DNA of 64,000 nucleotides, taken from positions 1-64,000 of IMG/VR virus record IMGVR_UViG_3300045684_000009. The stretch is one strand, 5' to 3'. The position numbers were made by a program, and so were the translations under genes. The DNA comes from a virus. Below are positions 58,174 to 64,000 of this stretch, piece by piece (the stretch's first letter is position 1; each line of letters opens with the position of its first letter). The notes under the pieces are model-generated. The model was not told where the DNA came from and did no database searches. It worked only from the letters and a program-made list of their open reading frames with translations.

Positions 58174-61100
58174 AAAATACCAAAAGGGGAGTAATGTATA
58201 TAGCTCTAAAGGTCAACCTAACATTGTACCTAACACAGATGGTATATATGTTTTAGGACATGAACCTCTCAAATATCCTCCAAACACTACTCCTGATAAA
58301 GTTGCATTGGCTAACTTAGAGAGTTTTAGTCTTAATGGTTATCATGATTTAGGTATGTTTGACCAACCTAGTATTGCCAAATGGATAAGTAGTCTTCCTC
58401 CAGAAGAACGGTATCTTTTCGAAAAAGACAGAAAAGGATATATAGCAAAGAACTTCGATAATTTTAAAAAGTCACTACCTTCTTCAGAAAAACAACCAGA
58501 CCCTACATTTAGAAACGAGTTTAACAGAGGAAAAGGTGCGCTTGAAAAGTTATACGGGAAAGCGAATTATATTCCAGTTAGCGATAATGGTCTTGAAGAT
58601 AGGTTATCTGAAATACCTGAAGGAGCTAATGTGATGTTTATGGACCATTCAGGTAGTCACTTGTTTGGAGTTCCTAGACAAGATTTCTACTCAATGTTAA
58701 GTAAAAAGAATCCAAAAACATGTATAGGTGGTTCTTGTTCTCTTGGACATTTTATTCCAGACAATGTTCAAGAAAAAATAGGACACGGTACTATTATAAA
58801 CGATGCTTTTTTTCAATCTCAATTTCCAAATACAAATGTTATTTTGGACAAGACTAAATGGGACGGATTTAAACCTGAATTGAGTGGTATAAATTCAATT
58901 ATAGGGGTGGATGCTAAAACCCCCCAATATATATATCAACAAGGCGGACAAATGAAAAACAAGAAACAACAAGGTGGATTTGGCGACATATTCACGCAGA
59001 ACCCTAACATGTTCGGCTCATTTACACAAGATTTATTAAATGATAATAAAGGTCTTGACTTTGCTGCTAACATGCCTGAGTTTAACATAGGAGGTAGCGA
59101 CCTACTAGGTGATGTTAAATTACCCGCACAATTGGGTATATTAGCGAATCAATTCTTAGGAATTAATGAACTATCCAACGACGGTAGAGAAGCTGCTTTT
59201 AATAATAGATTATCTTCACCTGATTATCTTAGACAATTTACAGTGTCTCCTTCAATAGGGCCATTGAATTATTTACAAGGTGGCGGACCAGCTTCACCTA
59301 TTAATTCGAGGTCTAGCGTAACAGATCAAGCAGGTTATCTCACCTCAAACTTAAACAATTTTACACCACAGAAGGTAATACAAGGAAGCGGTGGACAAAC
59401 TAATATAACAACAAACGGAATGGCTTTTCCAATATTTGCAAACGGTGTACCCTTACAACCAAACTCAGGTAACTACATCTTCAACGGAAATGAGGTGTTA
59501 GAAACACCTATGAGACAAGGAGGAGAAGTACCTAAGATGTTCTTGGGTGGTCTTTGGGATGGTATCAAGAGTGTAGGTAAAGGTGTAGCTGATGCAGCGT
59601 TAACTCCTTTTGGTGGTGGTAACTTAATAGAATCAGGGTTCGATAAGATTCCTGTACTATCTGATGCGCTAGGTTTCTTTGGAGACAGTACATTAGGTGC
59701 GTTTGATGGCGCTACCAATTTATTTGGATTTGATATACTTAAAGACGGAGCATTCAACACTGGGTTAGGTAAAAGTGTTTACTCTAATGCTGATAATTTA
59801 GCATCTATGGCTGCTCCAGCAGTAGGTGGTGCTTTGTTTGGTCCATTGGGTTCTCAAGGCGCTTCTGCTCTGCAAAGCTTAGGTCATGGTATAACTGGCG
59901 GACCTCAAACATCGGCTAACCAAGGTTATGCAGGTACACCTGGTTTTAATCCTAACACTGGTGGAATGGGAAATGTGATGGGTGGATTAAGTCAATTAAT
60001 ACCATTACTTCAAATGTTTACTAAACTACAAGGTTATAAAGAAGGTGGTTCTGTATTTAGAGGTAGACAAACAGACTTAGCAATGCCTTTAACTAAATTT
60101 AATCAAGCGGGTAACATAGGTCTTGGTGGTTTAATTGGTGCGTTCCCAGAAGGAGTACCTATCCAAACTGAGAAGTTTGATAAAATACCTGAACAGATTA
60201 TATTCGGAAATGCGATGATAGCAAATGTTAACGCTCACGACTCTCACGAAGATATGGTGAAAGATGGTAATTCCGACATGGTGACAGACATGTTACCTGA
60301 AGGTGCTTATGTGACTTCTGCATATGGTGGTATAAAGATACGAAAGAAAAAGGCTGAAGATTTTGTGGTGGGTATTAAAATACACCCATATCATGAGAAT
60401 CAAAAAGGTTTACTACCTGAAAGAATGACGGTAGCTGATGTATTCCCTAAAAAAGTGGATGAGTTAACTCCTGCAGAATTATCAAACGAAATTAAGAAGA
60501 AGTTTGAAGTTAGAGATCGTGTAGATATATTTGGTAACGCTACTAATGAGATAAACTTAGAAAGTAGAAAACCTTATCTTCAATTCTTAATTCAAGAATC
60601 AGAAGAACAAAAGATGAAAAAAGAAATGGCGTCTCAGAAAAGAAAAGCAACTAACGCTATTAATAAAGTAGCGAAAGAAATAGGAGTAGACAAGGCTGAA
60701 TTAAAAGCAGCATTTGGGTTTAGAAAAGGTGGAAAGGTAGTTAAGAAGGATGTAGTTAAAGCTCAGAATGGAGTATATGCTACCCCTTATTCTGGATTAC
60801 AACCTTTATCTACTAACCTTTATAGTTTACCAAGTCCTCAGTTTTCAGTTCCTGAAACTGCACCTTACGCTCATGTGAATGGTCCGTCTCAGGGGTTCTC
60901 TATAAATAACTTATTAGGACAAGTTGAACAATCGCTTCCTTTTGTAGGACAAAGCTTAGGTATAGTAGGTAATACTAGAGATTTTCTAAGAGCACCTGGT
61001 GTTGAAAATACAATAAATAATATTCAGGGAGGTTTGTTCAATCAGAACTCTCAATTAAACCAAGCCAACTTACTTGGAAATATTGGAGCGATAATTGCTC

Positions 61101-61642
61101 AAAACCCTGACATACAATTTACAGATAGACCTTTGGGTGCGTTTGATACAGCACTCGGTAACGTGCGAACAGCTAGACAGACTTTACCTAATCAAGTGTT
61201 CTCAAGAAGTTTGAGACAGTTAGGTGATATATCTGGTTTATTAGATAGGGGCGTATCGATGAACGGAATTCAGTCTTTATATAATAGAGCAATTCAAACG
61301 GGATCAGATGCCGCATTGAGTACTAATTTAAACTTGTTAGGTCAAGAGAACAACTTATTGTTAGGAAAACAAGCAGGAGTTGCGGGTAACGTTGCAGGAC
61401 AAGATAACAAAGCCAACGTAGGTACAACAAATAGAAATAATCAATTGGCGGGTATAGGTACTCAATTTGGACAGTATACTAACAACCAAGGTAACTTAAA
61501 TAGTGCTTTAGCTAATTCTCAAATAAGAGCGATGTTAGCCAAAGAACAACAGCAGTCTTCTGCTATTCAAAGTGGAGCACAAAATCTATTTAACTTAGGA
61601 AACATAGACGCACTAAGTTCTATACTTGGAATGTTTAGTTAA
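58145..61642 (+). CDS. ejected cargo / internal virion protein
   Basis: Gly/Asn/Gln-rich, repeated xxQ/KGG motifs, glycine-zipper hydrophobic segment; follows muzzle. Confidence 0.7.
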   Translation: MATQRKKKIKKYQKGSNVYSSKGQPNIVPNTDGIYVLGHEPLKYPPNTTPDKVALANLESFSLNGYHDLGMFDQPSIAKWISSLPPEERYLFEKDRKGYIAKNFDNFKKSLPSSEKQPDPTFRNEFNRGKGALEKLYGKANYIPVSDNGLEDRLSEIPEGANVMFMDHSGSHLFGVPRQDFYSMLSKKNPKTCIGGSCSLGHFIPDNVQEKIGHGTIINDAFFQSQFPNTNVILDKTKWDGFKPELSGINSIIGVDAKTPQYIYQQGGQMKNKKQQGGFGDIFTQNPNMFGSFTQDLLNDNKGLDFAANMPEFNIGGSDLLGDVKLPAQLGILANQFLGINELSNDGREAAFNNRLSSPDYLRQFTVSPSIGPLNYLQGGGPASPINSRSSVTDQAGYLTSNLNNFTPQKVIQGSGGQTNITTNGMAFPIFANGVPLQPNSGNYIFNGNEVLETPMRQGGEVPKMFLGGLWDGIKSVGKGVADAALTPFGGGNLIESGFDKIPVLSDALGFFGDSTLGAFDGATNLFGFDILKDGAFNTGLGKSVYSNADNLASMAAPAVGGALFGPLGSQGASALQSLGHGITGGPQTSANQGYAGTPGFNPNTGGMGNVMGGLSQLIPLLQMFTKLQGYKEGGSVFRGRQTDLAMPLTKFNQAGNIGLGGLIGAFPEGVPIQTEKFDKIPEQIIFGNAMIANVNAHDSHEDMVKDGNSDMVTDMLPEGAYVTSAYGGIKIRKKKAEDFVVGIKIHPYHENQKGLLPERMTVADVFPKKVDELTPAELSNEIKKKFEVRDRVDIFGNATNEINLESRKPYLQFLIQESEEQKMKKEMASQKRKATNAINKVAKEIGVDKAELKAAFGFRKGGKVVKKDVVKAQNGVYATPYSGLQPLSTNLYSLPSPQFSVPETAPYAHVNGPSQGFSINNLLGQVEQSLPFVGQSLGIVGNTRDFLRAPGVENTINNIQGGLFNQNSQLNQANLLGNIGAIIAQNPDIQFTDRPLGAFDTALGNVRTARQTLPNQVFSRSLRQLGDISGLLDRGVSMNGIQSLYNRAIQTGSDAALSTNLNLLGQENNLLLGKQAGVAGNVAGQDNKANVGTTNRNNQLAGIGTQFGQYTNNQGNLNSALANSQIRAMLAKEQQQSSAIQSGAQNLFNLGNIDALSSILGMFS

Positions 61643-61660
61643 TAAGAAAGTAAGCAAATT

Positions 61661-64000
61661 ATGATAGACTTTAAAGATTACGTAAATTATCCTTTACAAC
61701 TCTTCCAAAATGGAGGTTTAACAACCTTCAATATTGGAAACGAAGCACCCACCAACGGGTTAGCTGCGCAGATGGCGGCTAACATTCCAATAGCACCCAT
61801 CGTACAAAATCCTTTAGATATCTCTAGTTCATTTAGAGATAGAACATTGGATTTACAAGAAGATGCTTTTTCGTATAGAAAGACTAAAGACATCATGGAC
61901 TTTACTTCTAAGCTATATGATAAAGTGGGAAAAGGTGTAGCTACGTCTACAAGTGACGCTACAGGTTTGTATCTCCCTATATATGGAGAAGATGAAGCCC
62001 AGTTTAACAAGACGTATGGTGAGATGCAGTCTAACATGACGAATGCTATGTTTTCAGGTGACACACAGACAGCAATAAAATTGTTTAATGAGTTAAATCA
62101 ACTACCCAAAAGTAGGAACTTTAGAGTGGCGGGTGAAAATAGTGCGATATTAAATTCCATAACCAACTTTAAACCTGAGTTAAAGACTGGTCAAGCATTC
62201 GATACTCAAGGAGCTTTAAGTTTTTCTAAGAAAGCTGAAGATTGGTTAAGACAAGATGATAATAAGTACAGGTCGTTGACTGATTTTATGCGACAAGAAG
62301 GAGTTAGTAATTTAGAAGACTTCGTGTATAATGAGAATGAGGCTGTAAAAGAAATAGACACATATATAAAAGCAGATGCTGACTTCGAATATAGACAATT
62401 AATGGCTGAGTCCATTGGTGGTAATCCTGCATTAGCTGAATTAAGAGAGAGGTTAGTAGACGGTGGAGACATATCTTCACAAGATTTAGCTAAATTCCTT
62501 ATGTCAAATGGAACTACAAAGCAACATATTGCTAACACAATTGGTGGTGGAGAAAAAGGTTTAACTAAATACATCGATCAAAGAAGACAAAACACTACTA
62601 TAAATGAAAAACAACTCAACAAAGTCATAGATGTAGCTACAGAACTTAATCCTCAACTATATGAAGTGGAGGTTGATGGTAAGAAGTATGAGGTGAAGTT
62701 GGATGCGTTAGGTCGAATAGTAGAAGATAGGGTGGAGACAATAGGTAATATTGAGCAAGCCGAAGCCGAGTTTGGTTTTGACACTCAATTAGCTACTCAG
62801 AAAAACGAAGCGGCGGTTCAGTTAGAAAAAGAGAAGACAACTAGAAAAGCTACAAAACAAACATACGAAGCTAATAGAACTTCTTCAAGTAAAAATACAT
62901 ATGAAACTATAAATAATTCTGGACTAGTTGATAATGAGCTAGATGCCGATTCAATGTCTAAAGATATGTTGAATGCGTATGAGGATGGGAAAGAGATGGA
63001 TGTATTGTTTGCTGAAATAGTAGAGACATATGAAATAGAGGGCGACGAAGCTAAAAAAGAATTAGCAGACACTATAGAAAAGACTTATAGAAACTATAAA
63101 TCTAATGGTCTTGAGGCGGGTATTAATAAAATAGAACCTATTAAAGAATCAACAAGTACCGACTTTATAAAACCTTCGGGAAATGAGATATTAGATATGG
63201 GTGAATTGTTCCATAAAATTGAAAGCCCTAATAAAGGTTTTGGAGCTACCAATGATGAAACAACAGCTTTAGGTAATTGGCAATTCTTATACACTGACTT
63301 CAGAGACCAAATATCGGCAGCTATAGACGATAGAGGTTTGGAGTGGGAAGGTATACAACTTACAGATGAAGAGGAGGATTACTTCAGAACTAATAACATA
63401 TGGGGTTCGGCTAAACGACGTAAGGCTAATAATCTTACAGAGGATGATAAGAAGAAAGCTGCGGCGTTTTTAAGAAGCCCAGAAGCTCAAAAAGACTTAT
63501 GGGGAAGTAATTACGAAGAATATAAATCAAACTTACCACAATTAAGAGAGTTAGACACTGAAGGTAAATACAGTGATGCTCAACTTATGTATATGTTACA
63601 TCACCAAGGTACATTAAAGTCAGCTAGTGAATTTATCAAAACAGGTAAATCTCCTATAACGGCTGCAGGTAGAAATATAACTAATGAATTAAATAGAGCA
63701 TTATCTAAGATGGCTAAGGTTTCTAGTAATAGTGGTTTTACAGGGTTTATAGATGAGGACGGTATGAGTAGAGGTTCTAGTGATACCGTAACTCCACAAA
63801 CAGAGTTTGATCCTAGCATATATTACGATATAGATTCGAAAACAACTCTTACAGAACCAACCTCTGTTGACCAAGGTTCTACAACAGAACCTGTAGATTC
63901 TACATCTGAAGTTGCACAAAGTCAACCACAATCTCGATTGGAGAAAGTATTAACAGATACTCAAGAAGAAAGAACTCAGGTATTTGGAGAACTGGCTACA
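61661..64000 (+). CDS. internal virion protein with lysozyme-like domain (runs off window; not in ORF track)
   Basis: open frame from ATG 61661 (MIDFKDYVNYPLQLFQNGG); IES...GATN..TALGNWQF...FLRSPEAQ at ~63220-63490. Confidence 0.75.
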   Translation, partial: MIDFKDYVNYPLQLFQNGGLTTFNIGNEAPTNGLAAQMAANIPIAPIVQNPLDISSSFRDRTLDLQEDAFSYRKTKDIMDFTSKLYDKVGKGVATSTSDATGLYLPIYGEDEAQFNKTYGEMQSNMTNAMFSGDTQTAIKLFNELNQLPKSRNFRVAGENSAILNSITNFKPELKTGQAFDTQGALSFSKKAEDWLRQDDNKYRSLTDFMRQEGVSNLEDFVYNENEAVKEIDTYIKADADFEYRQLMAESIGGNPALAELRERLVDGGDISSQDLAKFLMSNGTTKQHIANTIGGGEKGLTKYIDQRRQNTTINEKQLNKVIDVATELNPQLYEVEVDGKKYEVKLDALGRIVEDRVETIGNIEQAEAEFGFDTQLATQKNEAAVQLEKEKTTRKATKQTYEANRTSSSKNTYETINNSGLVDNELDADSMSKDMLNAYEDGKEMDVLFAEIVETYEIEGDEAKKELADTIEKTYRNYKSNGLEAGINKIEPIKESTSTDFIKPSGNEILDMGELFHKIESPNKGFGATNDETTALGNWQFLYTDFRDQISAAIDDRGLEWEGIQLTDEEEDYFRTNNIWGSAKRRKANNLTEDDKKKAAAFLRSPEAQKDLWGSNYEEYKSNLPQLRELDTEGKYSDAQLMYMLHHQGTLKSASEFIKTGKSPITAAGRNITNELNRALSKMAKVSSNSGFTGFIDEDGMSRGSSDTVTPQTEFDPSIYYDIDSKTTLTEPTSVDQGSTTEPVDSTSEVAQSQPQSRLEKVLTDTQEERTQVFGELAT

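Noticed and set aside
14489-64000. Stop-codon reassignment, as seen in some crAss-like phages
   Set aside because: Genes are full length in the standard code, TAG and TGA end genes at tight junctions, and no suppressor tRNA was seen

Overview
The window is about 64 kb of an AT-rich crAss-like (Crassvirales-type) podophage genome. The host is almost certainly a Bacteroidota member, based on repeated TAnnTTTG -7 promoter boxes, Bacteroidota-type lipoprotein signals and SprB/PKD-like domains. Layout: (1) a repeat-rich, probably terminal, non-coding left end with one + strand orphan gene. (2) A - strand early/accessory operon (1.85-14.2 kb) with a GIY-YIG endonuclease, SET protein, thioredoxin, ClpP-like protease, phosphoesterase, vWA protein, one tRNA(CAU) and five nucleases. 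(3) A divergent + strand late block: HU/IHF-like, GroES-like, TerL, portal, scaffold, major capsid protein (MCP), ring/auxiliary capsid proteins, fibres/spikes, an M43 protease and an amidase (both lipoproteins), tail ring/muzzle and ejected cargo proteins, open at the right edge. The main discovery candidate is three early genes at 5.9-7.4 kb that are stand-alone copies of domains of the phage's own MCP. One is fused to an intact SET lysine-methyltransferase domain (about 37/87 identical residues to MCP 100-186 by manual alignment). This could be a capsid-mimic decoy or capsid-targeted methylation system. A second feature is the cysteine-rich virion module, including a 13-residue-periodic Cys ladder, interrupted by an almost Cys-free fibre cassette. 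All product calls come from motif recognition and synteny, not database searches.
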